Assembly (NCBI GenBank): GCA_951406725.2
Contig: OX597815.1
Coordinates: 211,730,001 to 211,794,000, forward strand
Direction: 5' to 3'
DNA length: 64,000 bases
Source: Octopus vulgaris
Lineage: Eukaryota
Shown here: positions 1-15,200 of the stretch, in pieces
How the letters are laid out: each line of letters begins with the position of its first letter
Numbering within the stretch: position 1 is the first letter of the stretch
The notes under the pieces: generated by a model
What the model saw: the letters and a program-made list of their open reading frames with translations, nothing else
Databases searched by the model: none
What the model was told of the DNA's origin: nothing
Made by a program: the position numbers and the translations under genes

Positions 1-695
1 CACATCAACAATTCTCAGATGAGTTATTGCTAAACTGTTTGAGTGTCTGGTCTATTAGACCCTAACTGATTACATATCTCTCAGTGAATAATCTGCAAGT
101 AGATTAAACAATGTATGACATTATACTCTCCGGGATAACTGAAAGGCACAGTTCTTTAAGTGGGGGATTTCAAGCTTCACAATACTACATAACTAAATAC
201 AACGATAAAGCTACACCTCAAGAACATTATTACAATATTATTCTAAGAACAACACTTTTACCATCAACCCGACAGAACACAGAACCGCAAATAAAAGAAA
301 GTGATGAGGAGAAAAATTGTCATGTTCTAAGTCTATGTTGCCTGCCTTTGTTGTGGTCATCAATAACACTTACAAAATATACCAGCGGCGACTCGTCAGT
401 GATGGAAAAGTGACATAGCCAAAGTCCACACTGTACTCCACATGATAAACCAGAGGTTGTTTCGTGGGTGGGATAGAAGGTTATCATGAGCAGAAAAAAG
501 GTCCGAATGCTTCCAGCGACCAAAGACGCAAATGAACTCATGAATGTTGCATTTAAGCTGAAATGCACCTGAGCTCTATGAGAGGCAGTAAAATGGCAAA
601 ACTGGCATACAACGCAAATTAGTAACTGATCAATTGCAACATTTCCTTATACCTTTATAATATCTCGTGGTAAAAGTTTGTGCTGTGATATTTTC

Positions 696-1124
696 GGATC
701 TTTTCGGTTTGAACGGCAGTTTTTAACATAATTTCTAGGTAACTAAAACATTTTAAACTTCGTATACTGGTTGAATGTGTTTATAAAACATCTTTTTCTC
801 TTGGCTTTATTGAGAAAATTCTATAGTTTGTAAGATATTTATGGCTTTTTTTCTTCAATTTCTGCAATTTCAACCAATCAATTACGTCTAATGAGGTAAA
901 AAGCATTCTGTGCCGTATGAATATGTTCCTCGTTTAAGAAACAGACTGGGTTTATTTACATTTGTGAAGAAAAAAAAGATACCCTTCCCCCCACCCCTAA
1001 CCCTAAATCTAACCCTAACCCTAGGACAGATAGAAATGCAATAGATCGATACTAGGGTCATAATTATGGGTGACAATTTCATATGACACCGCTAGAAAAA
1101 CTGCCGTTCAAACCGAAAAGATCC
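696..1124. mobile_element. Non-autonomous DNA transposon (MITE), Merlin-like
   Basis: Perfect 29-bp TIRs GGATCTTTTCGGTTTGAACGGCAGTTTTT (696-724 / 1096-1124) and a perfect 8-bp TSD ATATTTTC (688-695, 1125-1132). GG termini with an 8-bp TSD fit Merlin; hAT or P is not excluded. Contains internal (TAACCC)-like repeats. Confidence 0.88.
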
Positions 1125-1149
1125 ATATTTTCTAAACTATATTTAAAAC

Positions 1150-1152
<3 letters not shown>

Positions 1153-1209
<57 letters not shown>

Positions 1210-1222
1210 CTCTCTCTCTCTC
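1153..1222. repeat. (CT)n microsatellite
   Basis: Direct reading. Confidence 0.95.
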
Positions 1223-2020
1223 TAGAGACAATTTTTTTGTATCATATAGTATCTTGTAAAATAGTGATGTAAGATTAAAGTGTCTCAGCTCTGACAGTAT
1301 ATTTATAGATTTCGGACGATAGAACACTCTGGTTTTCATTAGATTGCTAAGTTTGTGTGAAAGGGTTAAAGGACTATTTTTTTGTCGTAGTATTTTGGTC
1401 CGCTTCAATGCAAGTATTTTTTTGTATTTGTTGCATTAACGCAACCGAGATATTGCTCCAATCGGCGTGTCATTCAGTCAGATATCGGAGACCTATCACT
1501 GAGTCCCTAAGGCCTCGATTCCCGCCACGTGATGTTTGTTGATAAGGATTTTAATTGGTGCGCTTTCGTTTATTTTCTTTTTTACGTAGCTGAAGTTTCA
1601 TTTCGTCTTGCTGATTCATTTATTTCATGAACTGATGTTGAAAAGTTTGATAAATTAGAAGAAAGCTATTTTGTTTTTGTTCAGAGAAGCGTTAGAATAC
1701 ATAAAGTTGATTTATGCTTCGAGAAAATACGTTTCGACAGCAAGATCTCAATGGTTTGCTAAAAAGAAAGAAGTGGTAATGAGGTCGTTCAAGGAGAATT
1801 GGAAATTATTTCCAATGATTTGACACAAGAATATATAATCGGAATGTATAATGTGTTAGAATATAAAATAATTTAATAAAACAGAATGCAATATAACAGA
1901 AAATTTTAAATAATTTAACATGATAGAATTGAATATATTATAACAAAATAAATTTTGATATATTTTGTAATATATATAAATAATATTTATATAATAAATA
2001 ATAATTATAATGCCGTGTGT

Positions 2021-3385
<1,365 letters not shown>

Positions 3386-3419
3386 CTCTCATGATATATA
3401 TATATATATATATATATAT

Positions 3420-3562
3420 ACGACGGGCTTCTTCCAGTTTCCGTCTGCCAAATCCACTCACAAGGCTTTGGTCGGCACGAGGCTATAGTAAAAGACACTT
3501 GCCCAAGGTACCACGCAGTGGGACTGAACCAGGAACCACGTATTTGTTCAGCAAGCTACTTA
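3420..3562 (-). mobile_element. SINE family 2, partial (5' part)
   Basis: Matches CGACGGGCTTCTTTCAGTTTCCGTC...GAAGACACTTGCCCAAGG of the full copies at 15955, 29748 and 36647. Confidence 0.85.
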
Positions 3563-4059
3563 TATGTGTGTGTGCGCGTGTGTGTAGATAGACAGACAGA
3601 TACAGGCATTTTTCTGTAAGTCAAACAATCTTTGCTCTCCATATATATATGTGCATGCGTATATACATGTGGTGTACATGAGTCGTGTTTGCCTATGCGT
3701 ATTTGTGTACATGTGTGTCTATATGTGTTGTTTGTCAAAATGTATCTTTTTTAGCATGTATATTTTTTGTTTTTTCCGTTTTGCATATTTGTTGAACTTA
3801 GAGAATGTCTGTCATCAAAACTTGGAACGACTAAAGAAAACATTGAAATCTATTAAAGAAACTATTTGCAGAAAATACATGTTCCATGGTGGTTCAGATC
3901 TAAATATAGATATTAGTAAATAACATAATGGCTATGACTATTTTTGTTGGTGTCTTTTTTCTCTGTAAATGTAACAAAAGACTGCATAACACTGTTTAAA
4001 AAAGATAGCAGCACCGACTGACAAGAAACATTAGTGGTGACGATGGTAGTGATAATCCC

Positions 4060-4440
4060 CGTTGTTGGTATGGTGGTGGTGGTGGTGGTGGTGGCGGCGG
4101 CTGCGGCGGCGGCGGCGGTGGTGGTGGTGGTGGTTGTGGTGGTGGAGTTCGTGGTGGTGGTTGCGGTGGCGGAGTTGTTGGTGGTGGTGGTGGAGTTGTT
4201 GTTATGGTGGTGGTGGTGTTGGTGGTGGTGGTGGAGTTCGTGGTGGAATTCGTGGTGATGGAGTTGTTTTTGTTGTTGTTGGTGGTGGTGGTGGTTGTCG
4301 TCGTCGTGGTTTGGTGGTGGTGGTGGTGGTGGTGGTTTGGTGGTGGTGGTTTGGTGGTGGTGGAGTTCGTCGTCGTCGTCGTCGTCGTGGTGGTGGTGGT
4401 GATCGTGGTAGTGGTGGTGGGCATGATAGCGATGACGGCA
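4060..4440. repeat. (GGT)n/(GGC)n/(GTC)n trinucleotide tract
   Basis: Direct reading. Confidence 0.95.
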
Positions 4441-4769
4441 AGTATAAATAATGAATAAGATGTGTGAGAATATGTGGGGTGGGGTGGGGATGATGTTAAC
4501 CTCATTTCTTGTTAGCTCCTTCGTGTAAACTAATACAGAGAAGAAAGAAGCGAAGATAGATGGCTGCTACAGTGGGTGGGTGGGGGAGGGGATAAAATCG
4601 ATGGCATAGTTTGAACACTCGGGTAGATTAATATTGTAATATTAATCGACCCGAGTGGGATGAAAGAAACATTGGCTTCGGTTGGATTTGAACTCAAAGT
4701 ACAGAAAGCCGAAACAAATACTGCAAGATGTTATTGTATTCAACTTTCGACTCTGCTAATTCGCTACCT

Positions 4770-5380
4770 ACGACGACGACGACGACGATGGTGATGATGA
4801 TGGTGATGATGATGATGATCATGATCATGACGACGACGACGATGAAAGATGATGATGATGACGATGATGATGACGACGACGACGACGACAACGACGACGA
4901 CGATGATGATGATGGTGATGATGATGATGATGATGATGATGAGGATGAGGATGATGATGATGATGATGGTGGTGGTAATGGTGATGATGATGATGGTGAT
5001 GATGATGATGATGATGATGGTGATGGTGGTGATGATGATGGTGATGATGACGATGATGGTGATGGTGGTGATGATGATGGTGATGATGAAGGTGATGATG
5101 ATGATGATGATGATGATGTCGTTGATGATGATGATGATGATGACGACAACGACGACGATGATGATGATGATGATGGTGGTGATGATGATGATGATGATGG
5201 TGATGGTGATGATGATGATGATGACGACAACGACGGCGACAATGAAATCAATGTCGACGACGACGACGACCCGTTGACGAAGACAAAGTTGATAATAATG
5301 AGGATAATGATGAAGATGATAGTGTGATGAAGATGAAAATGATGTGAGGAGTAGAGTGATGATGTTGATGGTTTCGATGA
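4770..5380. repeat. (GAT)n/(GAC)n trinucleotide tract
   Basis: Direct reading; gives poly-D, poly-M and poly-S ORFs. Confidence 0.95.
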
Positions 5381-6452
5381 TGAACCTGTAAGTATGAGTA
5401 TGATAAATGGCTTGGTGCTGTTGAAAGCAATATCTTAGATGATGCACTTTTCTTTCCACTTGTATTTTTTAGTCATCATCCTTTTCGTGACATCTCAGTT
5501 AACAATAATCGTTTTTACCTCTCTTCGTGTTGCAGTCAGGTTAAGGTTTCGTCTTTTTTCTTTGTTTATATTTTGTTTATTATTTGCGAATTAGTACCTG
5601 ACAAGATTGCAAGCAACCAACAATGAAACAAACCTCAGGCGGCAACTCAGTATTCCTTTTATCTTTAAGTCAGTAAAGGTAACGCTCATGACCTGTTACT
5701 GGGCTTTTGGGCATGGAAACATCGCTGCCAATGCTTGCAACAGAATGAATTCTGCTAAAACCTACCAAGGTGTCATGTACCAAGATTACAAGTTAAATAT
5801 ACCATCCAAGCAAACGTATAGCGGGATCTGAATTTAGAATGCAAAGAACTGGAATAAATACCGCAAGACATCTTTCCGACGTTCTTGCAGTTCCACCAAT
5901 CAATCCATCGGCTACTTTGTTTAACGGGCCCCGACAGGGATGAAAAGCAAAGTTAACCTGAGAGGATTTCTTAACTAAAGCGCAAAGAATTGAGATAAAT
6001 ACTACGAAGCATTTTGTCTGCCGCTGTTATGATTCTGCAAATCAGTGACCAACATATATTGCATGTTATAAAAAAAAGGTGAAAGAAAACAATTAAAGAC
6101 CTGATGAGAGAGAACCCTCAAGAACACTAAATCTGCCAATGCAAGGATTAAAAGATTTAGAATTAGGGTAATATTTATCTAGAAAATATGATGTAGGTTG
6201 ATGGATTCGAGAAAAGAAACCTCGATATAGAAGAAAGGGAAAATAGTTTACTAGTACGTTGTGATAACCTTGTTTCTTTTGTATCGAGTGTCACTAGCAA
6301 CATTCGTGCCAATTCATGCCTATTTTGTTTTATTTGGGCGGTTCGTGGAGTAAAGTTAGACAATTTGTTCATTCATTATTTTCGAGAAGAAATTTTGTAT
6401 TTCTTAATGATGCATTGAAAGTTGCTAGGTTCCCCTTTATACGGTATTGCAG

Positions 6453-6674
6453 AGGCGGCGAGCTGGCAGAAACGTTAGCACGCCGGACGAAATGCGTAGC
6501 CGTATTTCGTCTGCGTTCAAATTCCGCCAAGGTCAACTTTGCCTTTCATCCTTTCGGGGTCGATTAAATAAGTACCAGTTAAGCACTGGAGTCGACGTAA
6601 TCGATTTAATCTGTTTGTTTGTCCTTGTTTGTCCCCTCTGTGTTTAGCCCCTTGTGGGTAGTAAAGAAATAGGT
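6453..6674 (+). mobile_element. SINE family 1 (tRNA-derived), full copy
   Basis: GGCGGCGAGCTGGCAGAAACGTTAGC...GTTCAAATTCC (B-box)...GCCTTTCATCCTTTCGGGGTCGAT; TSD GGTATTGCAGAGGC on both sides; more than 10 related copies in the window. Confidence 0.9.
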
Positions 6675-6867
6675 ATTGCAGAGGCATCTTTTGCAGTTCG
6701 AGGTTTAGCTTATTTTGGAGTATTTCCATCTAGTGACGGAATTTTAGGCAAGCAGCAAAGGAATAGTCTGGATATTGCATGTGTATGATTTTTTCTATAC
6801 CGTATAGTAAACTTCATCTGAAAAGGGTAGAAGAAAGTATATTTAAATACTTATATATATATATATG

Positions 6868-7205
6868 TATCTTGGAATCTCGTTGAGAGAGCACATCAGT
6901 AGCGAGGTCTTCAGACAGAAGTCCGGTGTGAGGGATGTCATCGTAGAATATACATGCAGCAAGTTTAGATAGGCTGGACACGTCACCCGGCTCACCAATA
7001 ATCGGTGGACCCGCGCAGCTGTCGAGTGGTATCCGCGCAAGCGGAAACGACCACTCGGTAGGCCTCCACGACGGTGGAGTCACCATTTTAGGAGGACGAT
7101 TGAGATCATGTGGATGAGGAAGGCGCGATCCAGAGAGGAGTGGACAGTGTGCTGTGACCAGCGGTGTCAAATGGACGCCCGACGGACTGATCTGTCAAGG
7201 TCAAG

Positions 7206-7208
<3 letters not shown>
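6868..7208 (+). mobile_element. RTE-clade LINE 3' fragment
   Basis: Translates LGISLREHISSEVFRQKSGVRDV...KFR*AGHVTRLTNNRWTRAAVEWYPRKRKRPLGRPPRRW (RTE C-terminal WAGHV/RGRP motifs); ends TCAAGGTCAAGG; flanked by (TA)n. Confidence 0.8.
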
Positions 7209-7258
<50 letters not shown>

Positions 7259-7260
<2 letters not shown>

Positions 7261-7545
7261 CGTCTTCGACGATACAAGGAACAACTTAAAACAACACTGA
7301 AAGCCGCTGGAGTTGAGCCTAAATCGTTTGAAGCACAAGTCTGCGATCGTACCAAGTGGCGATGTTCCATCACTATCGGAATCAAAAGCGTCGAAGCCAC
7401 CAGAAGAAAAAGGAAGAAATCAAGCAAAAGGAGAGAAAGGCTCGACAAAATCAACCTCCTCCTTTCACCCACCAACATTGCCAAGCAGTCAATGCCATCG
7501 CTTCTTCTGTGCAAGAATTGGTCCGCAGAGTCATTAACACTGTCA
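7259..7545 (+). mobile_element. RTE/BovB-like LINE 3' fragment
   Basis: RYKEQLKTTLKAAGVEPKSFEAQVCDRTKWR followed by a C2H2-like end CSQCHRFFCARIGPQSH. Confidence 0.72.
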
Positions 7546-7611
7546 TCATAAAGGGAGTGTTGAGCAAAGAAGTAAATTCATGGATACGAGATAAAGTCGA
7601 CGACGATATGT

Positions 7612-7845
7612 GGCGGCGAGCTGGCAGAAACGTTAGCACGCCGGGCGAAATACTTAGCGGTATTTCGTCTGCGTTACGTTGTGAGTTCAAATTCCGCCGA
7701 GGTCGACTTTGTCTTTCATCCTTTGGAGGGGTCGATAAATTAAGTAGCAGTTACGCACTGGGGTCGATGTAATCGACTTAATACCTATGTCTGTCCTTGT
7801 TTGTCCCCTCTGTGTTTAGCCCCTTGTGGGTAATAAAGAAATAGA
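7612..7845 (+). mobile_element. SINE family 1, full copy
   Basis: Near-identical to 6453-6674. Confidence 0.9.
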
Positions 7846-8628
7846 TATATGGATTCTCTGTGTCTTGGACAACATATTAGGCTTCGGAAATTTCTAGCTG
7901 AACAACCTTCACAGAAAATATGTTTATGGTGATCAAAGGTTTTCTGCAGTACATTACCTCACTCGCTCCATCAGATAGTCGTTGCTCATACTGCTTCATA
8001 GTGTACCTCATGTCAGATGTCGAAGCGATCGCAGATCGCAGAATAACATGAGATGAAATGTTTTGCTTAAGCGTCCATGAATACAACACCCTGTGTATGT
8101 ATGTATGCTTGTCTTCATGTATATGAATTCACTGGAGTAAACGTCATTAGATGTTGTGTTTAAACAACTCTAGAGGGAATTGGCTGATTGAAATTACTTT
8201 TGCCAGACCCTAACGCAATTGTGTCTAATATGCATACAGCTACCTGATGTTCTTTATATGATTGGTATTACTATATTTTCTCTATTTTTCTATATAAGGG
8301 GATCACCCTTAATTTGGATCAGTAAATAGAATATTCTTCACAGAAATAATTAGATAAGACTGAAGCATGCCTCTTGCATTCACCACTAGGTAGGATCAAA
8401 TTCACTTATAACAAGATTGTTTATAATGTCCAGGCATTCGTATTGGATTTAACTCTCATAATTTTTTGTTTTCAGATTCTAAACAACTTTAGAAGTTTTA
8501 GTTCTCAAATTACATGGAAATTAACACTTCATCGCCATTATATCACATATATCCGAACCTACCGCATTTATATTCAATATGGAGAATGCTCCCATGGGGT
8601 ACTTTTCTCAGCCATATCATTAGCAAAT

Positions 8629-9332
<704 letters not shown>

Positions 9333-11306
9333 AGATGTACTCGCATAGCAAGTAATTTGATTACATATACACACACACACAAGAATTTTACTTTTACTCA
9401 AATGACGACCATTTTTTGTTTCCAGTCGTCAAATCTGATATATTCAAGTTGCAGAAACAATAATGTCGGACTAATTGAAACGCTTTATTCCAATATTTCT
9501 ATTTTTATTTTTGATGCTGTTGTTGCATTTCAACTCGTGCTTTTGCGTAAGCCAATTACTTCAGTATTAGTTTTGTTAGTATCATTATCCATTGTCGCAA
9601 TTCTGTATTTATTCCCACACGTGATATTATAACCGTCATGCCTATATGTAAAACAATTATTTATGTCACTAAATATAACAACCACTATTTACAATGTACT
9701 GACACGGTCATTTCAGAAGCAATTCCAAACAATTGCACCACTGAGACAGCTGAAGAAGGTTATAAGATCAAGGTTATTTGAAAATGGAGCCTATCAGTTA
9801 ATATATGGTTGTATTGTTTTCTTTAATATTCAGATTTTGATGGGTGGTAAAATGTGGGACTAGACTCATGATAATAGACAAAAACGTTTTATGTAATTGC
9901 AAATGTCTACTTAAATATGTGTAAGCCAAAAGTTATCAACTCTGGATTTCTCCCTAAACCTTAATTACAACTTTCATTTGCATTGAATGAGAAAAACATT
10001 CATAATTTTCAAAAGTTTGTAAATATTTAGTTCCGCTATGTTATACAAAATCTGTAATTTTTTTGTATGTTGCTACTGTGCTCTTTGCATGTTGTTACTA
10101 TTCAACCCTGATGATACCGACTTTTATTGTTTTGACAATCTCGAAGGACTGGTAGAAAGTAATTCGAGAACTGACGTCTATAGCCATCTTCCTAACAACA
10201 GAAACATAATGAGGAATCAGTCTCCGTATGACACACTAAGTAGAGTTAGCTTCTCATCGACCGTCTTTTCTTTAGCAGCATTAAATACAAGGGATTTCTC
10301 TACATCTGTTCAGACCGCAAGTCTAAACACAAAAAAATGAATTCATTGATTTTCGAGCATGAAAGTTATTCTCTTCAGTTTTTCCCCCTCTAAAATACAC
10401 GCGTTTTGATTATTGTTGTATATAGGGACTATTTAGGCTGTTGTTATTTAACACCAGATCACACGTAATCAAACAGGTCTTTGATCAAAAGCAAACGAAG
10501 CTAAGCTCATCTTATTCAGAATGCATATGTCTCCTTCCCATTTTGAAGTGGCGGGAGTAATTTAGGGAAAATTTAGTTGCTATTTCCAGCCGACCGAGTG
10601 ACTAAATAGACGCTTCGATGATATGTGCTGAAAGATTTATGCTAATGGCCGAGGAAAATTCGTTTCTGGCACTCGAAGAAGAAAAAAAAACAAATTTCAA
10701 CGTGTTGTTTCAACTGTTTTCTTGTTCTACCATAGAATAATTTAATTTCAATTTAATATTTCGCTTTTCACTGAACTGAAGAAATTTTATCTGAAATGTT
10801 TGAAAAATATTCCACTTTATCATGTAATGAGATCTCTTAAACGAGAAATGAATCTAAAAATTTAAGAGTGTTTAAGAGCAATTTTTTGTACACTAAAAGA
10901 CGTTTTAAGATTTTGTTTTTCCGTTTTCTTTCGTGATATTCATGTAAGAAGGTTGTTGCCATTGTAATAGAGAACATGTGATAAATAATTTCTCAGTATA
11001 AATTTATTTAAAAGCTGAGATAGCAAGAGAGAGAGACAGAGTAAGGCAAAGAAAGAGAGGGGGCCAGACAAAGAGAGTGAGAGAGATAAGGGAAAGAAAA
11101 CAACATGTTAACAGTAATATTGAAAGAGTTAATTTGATAAAAATGAAGGTCAAATGGGGAGAGATGGTAATTTATAGATAGGGAGAAAGAAAGAGTAAGA
11201 GAGTGAGAGATCGGACATTTTATGTAGTAGAGAGGAGAGGACGGTCTAGGAAGTTTGTGCTTGTATATATATGTGTGTGTATGTGTATGTGTTTGTATGC
11301 ACACAC

Positions 11307-11344
<38 letters not shown>

Positions 11345-11900
11345 GGGGAAGTGTGTCTATGTGTGTGCGTGTATACATACGCGTGTGTCTCAGTGTTTTT
11401 GTACGGGGGAAGGTTTGGTTTCAATAGATTTATATATCATTTACGATGTTTTGGAAATAAGCAGACGTATTCCCATTCGTTGACAAAATTTTACGAGTGA
11501 ATATTCAAATTTTCACATAAACAGAGAGACCTAGGGTTAACGACAGAAACCAAATACAAGAATTAAAATTTTAGTCTGAGAATTTAGTTGCATATATATT
11601 GCTCTTGAGATTGAGGTGCGTTGGGTAAGCTGAGAGGACGGTTTGTGTTGCGTTGTTTATTATTTTGTTACGATAATTATTTTCGTAAAGTGAAAATAAG
11701 TAAAATTTCATAACAGTGATTTACATATTTCTACTTAAAAAACGAAAACAACAAAAACACGTGCCTGAAAGAGAAATCTGTTACTCTTATGAGCACTTTC
11801 CATTTTACATTATATTTTCTTTTGTATAGAAAAGAGTACTGGATTAGATTCAAGAATATAATTGGGGATTCATACTAACAATAAAGGTGATTGTATGTAT

Positions 11901-12178
11901 AATAAATATATAAATAAATAAATAAATAAATGCGCCCTTTTAAAGCCTAGCCAGGCTCATGGGCCCGATTTCCCAGTTTCAATGGCGTGTGTGTTCCCCA
12001 GCCGGACGGGACGCCAGTCCATAGCAGCGTTACTCGTTTTTGCCAGCTGAGTGGACTGGAGCAACGTGAAATGAAGTGTTTTGCTCAAGAACACAACGCG
12101 TCGCCCGGTCCAGGAATCGAAACCACAATCTTATGATCATGATGCTGACACCCTAACCACTAAGCCACGTGCCTCCAC
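11901..12178 (-). mobile_element. SINE family 3 (tRNA-derived)
   Basis: Minus strand reads GGAGGCACGTGGCTTAGTGG (A-box)...GTTTCGATTCC (B-box)...(TTTA)n tail; TSD ATTGTATGTAT; copies at 29008, 32020 and 47560. Confidence 0.9.
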
Positions 12179-12895
12179 ATTGTATGTATGCCTTCGAGTT
12201 TGTGTTTGTGTTTCCTACACCCAGCTTGACAGCCTGTGTTGGTTTGTTTACTTCATTATAACTTAGAGGTTTGGTAAAGGTACTGTTAGAATAGGTAACA
12301 GATTTTTTTGAAAAAGAAGTATTGGAGTCGATATGTTTGACTAAAGCTTTCAAGTCATTGTCCCGGCATAGTTGCCATCCAGTGACTGAAACAAGTAAAA
12401 GAATATATAAGATATAAATGCTAGCATTACAATTATATCACAACTCACGGAAACGGATCGGTTTAAACCGATTCGTTATTAGAGAATATGTTTTGCTCAA
12501 GAACACAACGCGTCGCCCGGTCCAGGAATCGAAACCACAATCTTATGATCATGATGCTGACACCCTAACCACTAAGCCACGTGCCTCCACATTGTATGTA
12601 TGCCTTCGAGTTTGTGTTTGTGTTTCCTACACCCAGCTTGACAGCCTGTGTTGGTTTGTTTACTTCATTATAACTTAGAGGTTTGGTAAAGGTACTGTTA
12701 GAATAGGTAACAGATTTTTTTGAAAAAGAAGTATTGGAGTCGATATGTTTGACTAAAGCTTTCAAGTCATTGTCCCGGCATAGTTGCCATCCAGTGACTG
12801 AAACAAGAAAAAGAATATATAAGATATAAATGCTAGCATTACAATTATATCACAACTCACGGAAACGGATCGGTTTAAACCGATTCGTTATTAGA
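12077..12895. repeat. Direct tandem duplication of 407 bp
   Basis: 12077-12483 equals 12489-12895 (offset 412, one substitution seen), separated by a 5-bp filler GAATA. Confidence 0.95.
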
Positions 12896-12942
12896 TAACT
12901 ATAAATATTGATGTCATTGTTGTTTGATATGCATACGCTTAT

Positions 12943-13161
12943 GCTAGGGGATGCTAAAAAATTCGTGATTTGTGAGTAAATGAAAATACAGGAGGATCAA
13001 TTAATGATTTTATTCAACATATTTCACTCTCAGTTTCATACACCTTATTGCAGCGCTCCTTCAATTTTTCTAGGCACTGTAAAAAAAAACTCGGAAGTTT
13101 GGGCCGCCAACCAGGCCTTCCGCGATACCCTTAAAGCCAGGAACCTTTCATTACCCCTCCG
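12943..13161 (-). mobile_element. Degenerate mariner-derived MITE
   Basis: Reverse-orientation relative of 34652-34831; decayed TIRs and remnant of a mariner C-terminus. Confidence 0.55.
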
Positions 13162-13289
13162 TATGCCTGTTTACCTTTCACGATCACTATTGTATTATTA
13201 TCTGCTTAAGTCTAAGTCAAATATTTAACAAGTGGTTCGTTTTTTTACTTCTGCATCCATATCAAACTAAAGTTCCAGTTTCATAAAAC

Positions 13290-15200
13290 ACTGGTCTTAA
13301 CGATCTTGATCTTCCTGAGCTAGGGATTGTCCGATAACTAAAAAGCAAGCCAAATATACGCTAATTGAACATTTAATCGATAAATGTAATTTTCTTTCCA
13401 TTTTAACAATTGCAACCATCGTATCAGCAATTTCTTTTGATGCTGGGTGATATGGAGAGATTTTCATAGGTCTACATCCGATCATAACAAGCCTTGTACA
13501 TAAGTTATTATCAGGATATTCACAGACAATGTTAAACAATCTTTCTGGAACACCATTTCTAGTAGACAAATTTCTGTTTCTGTTTTCTCTTTTTCTTATC
13601 TCTTATTACTTCTACTCACCAGGATACACATTAACATGTATTAAGAACAGTCGCAAATTTTTCATATAAACTTTGTACTTATATGCATGCATTCATGCCT
13701 TAATATCTTTAGGCTAACTATGCACTGTGTGAGGCACTTCTCATTAAATTCTTGCTCGTCAAATACTTTCACACATAGCATTTCACATCTACACAGTAAC
13801 CAAGCTACAAGCGACAACATTCCTTGATACCGTTGAGCTACAGTGTGCATTATTATTCACCATTATTATTCACCATTATTTCACCATCACTGCTTTCAAA
13901 CAGGCTGGTGAAACAGCTAATTCTTCATTATACAAGATATCATCCCCAGCAGTTAAATTATTTTCACTGATTTAAATGTCCTTTCAACTACAGAAAACTT
14001 GAACCAATTATTATATTTTAAAATCTTTTTCAATTTACTTCATAAAATATTAACATTGACAGCAAGATTTTCTAAAAGACCGTCATCAATTAGTTTCCTC
14101 AGATTTATTGACTTATTGTTTAATGTGTATTGCCAGTGGTCTTGATTCAAATTAATATGACCTGATATTTCCTTTAAAATCTCTTAATCTCCTAACTTGT
14201 CCTCATCACAACATTCGTCACGTTCGTACAAAGGAAGCCATGATTTTTCTCCCGTTTACTTTCAGAAGCAATAACACTCAAGACCTTTCCTTCTTTACCA
14301 GTTTCCATTACTACCTTAAATTTATCCAAAATTTTAATGAGTGATCCATCAAATTGCTTTACTTTGAGATCACCGTGTCTCAGTTCTGTTTCCTTAAAAA
14401 TCTCTGAAAGTTTTGAGGTACAATGGATATCCTGACTGCCAGTGACAAATTGTATTTTAGCTTTTACATTATCGAATTTCACATCGATCACTTCAATAAT
14501 TTTATGCCAACCTCGAAAATACTTTCGGAATCTTTACTTTCAATTTGTTTGATCTTTGCTGTTTTCTTTTTTTGTCGATTTACATGCTGCCTGAAAAAGA
14601 TTCTTTTCCCTACATTTAAAATGAGTTTTATCAAATGCAGAACATTCTGATGGAGAATGATTATTTCCACAAAAGCGCCATTAGAAAATCACATTTATTC
14701 TTGATTCTATTAACATATGAAACAGTGATATCGTCAAGATCACAATAACTCTTTTCTTTTTCCCATTCACTTGAAATTCAGAAATCATTTGAAGTCGTTG
14801 ATAGAATACAATGCATATATTAATCTTCGGATCATCTGATTGAAGATATTTTAAAGTTGTTACACGATGCTCAGATGATTGAATGGCATATATGAGTTTC
14901 ATTTAAGTCACTTTTATCCAACACAATTCAATTTCTTTATTTAATTCGCAAAAATCAAGCAGTTTCAACTCATATAATCTTAGAAAATGACTTTCAATCG
15001 ATTCACTCAAATGTTTTATAAGTGTCTGACCTTTTCAGCAATTATTTATGTTTTTCTTAGATAGACTAATGATATAATCGCAGAATTTATACGTACAAAA
15101 ATAAATTGTTTGAAGTTTTTTCTTGTGTTTTATCATAACCATGTATTTTTCGTATGACTATCATATTTGCTTTAGAAAAAAATTCGTATTTGATTTTCCT
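13290..15200 (-). mobile_element. Decayed Ty3/Gypsy LTR retrotransposon internal remnant (gag knuckle, protease, integrase)
   Basis: GVPERL...PYHPASKEIADTMVAIVK (integrase PYHPASNG.AER-like) at 13297-13569; KIQFVTGSQD...LKVKQFDGSLIKILDKF (protease-like) at 14192-14491; decayed knuckle-like FKCREKNLFQAAC near 14600; many stops and frameshifts. Confidence 0.6.

Noticed and set aside
4728-5327. Poly-Asp ORF resembling acidic biomineralisation proteins
   Set aside because: (GAT)n tract open in most frames; the N-terminus comes from a decayed SINE and there is no signal peptide
10335-10385. Minus-strand CTGAAGA...GAAA...TC hammerhead-like spacing
   Set aside because: Helices are only 2-bp or poly-A/T pairings; likely chance in AT-rich DNA
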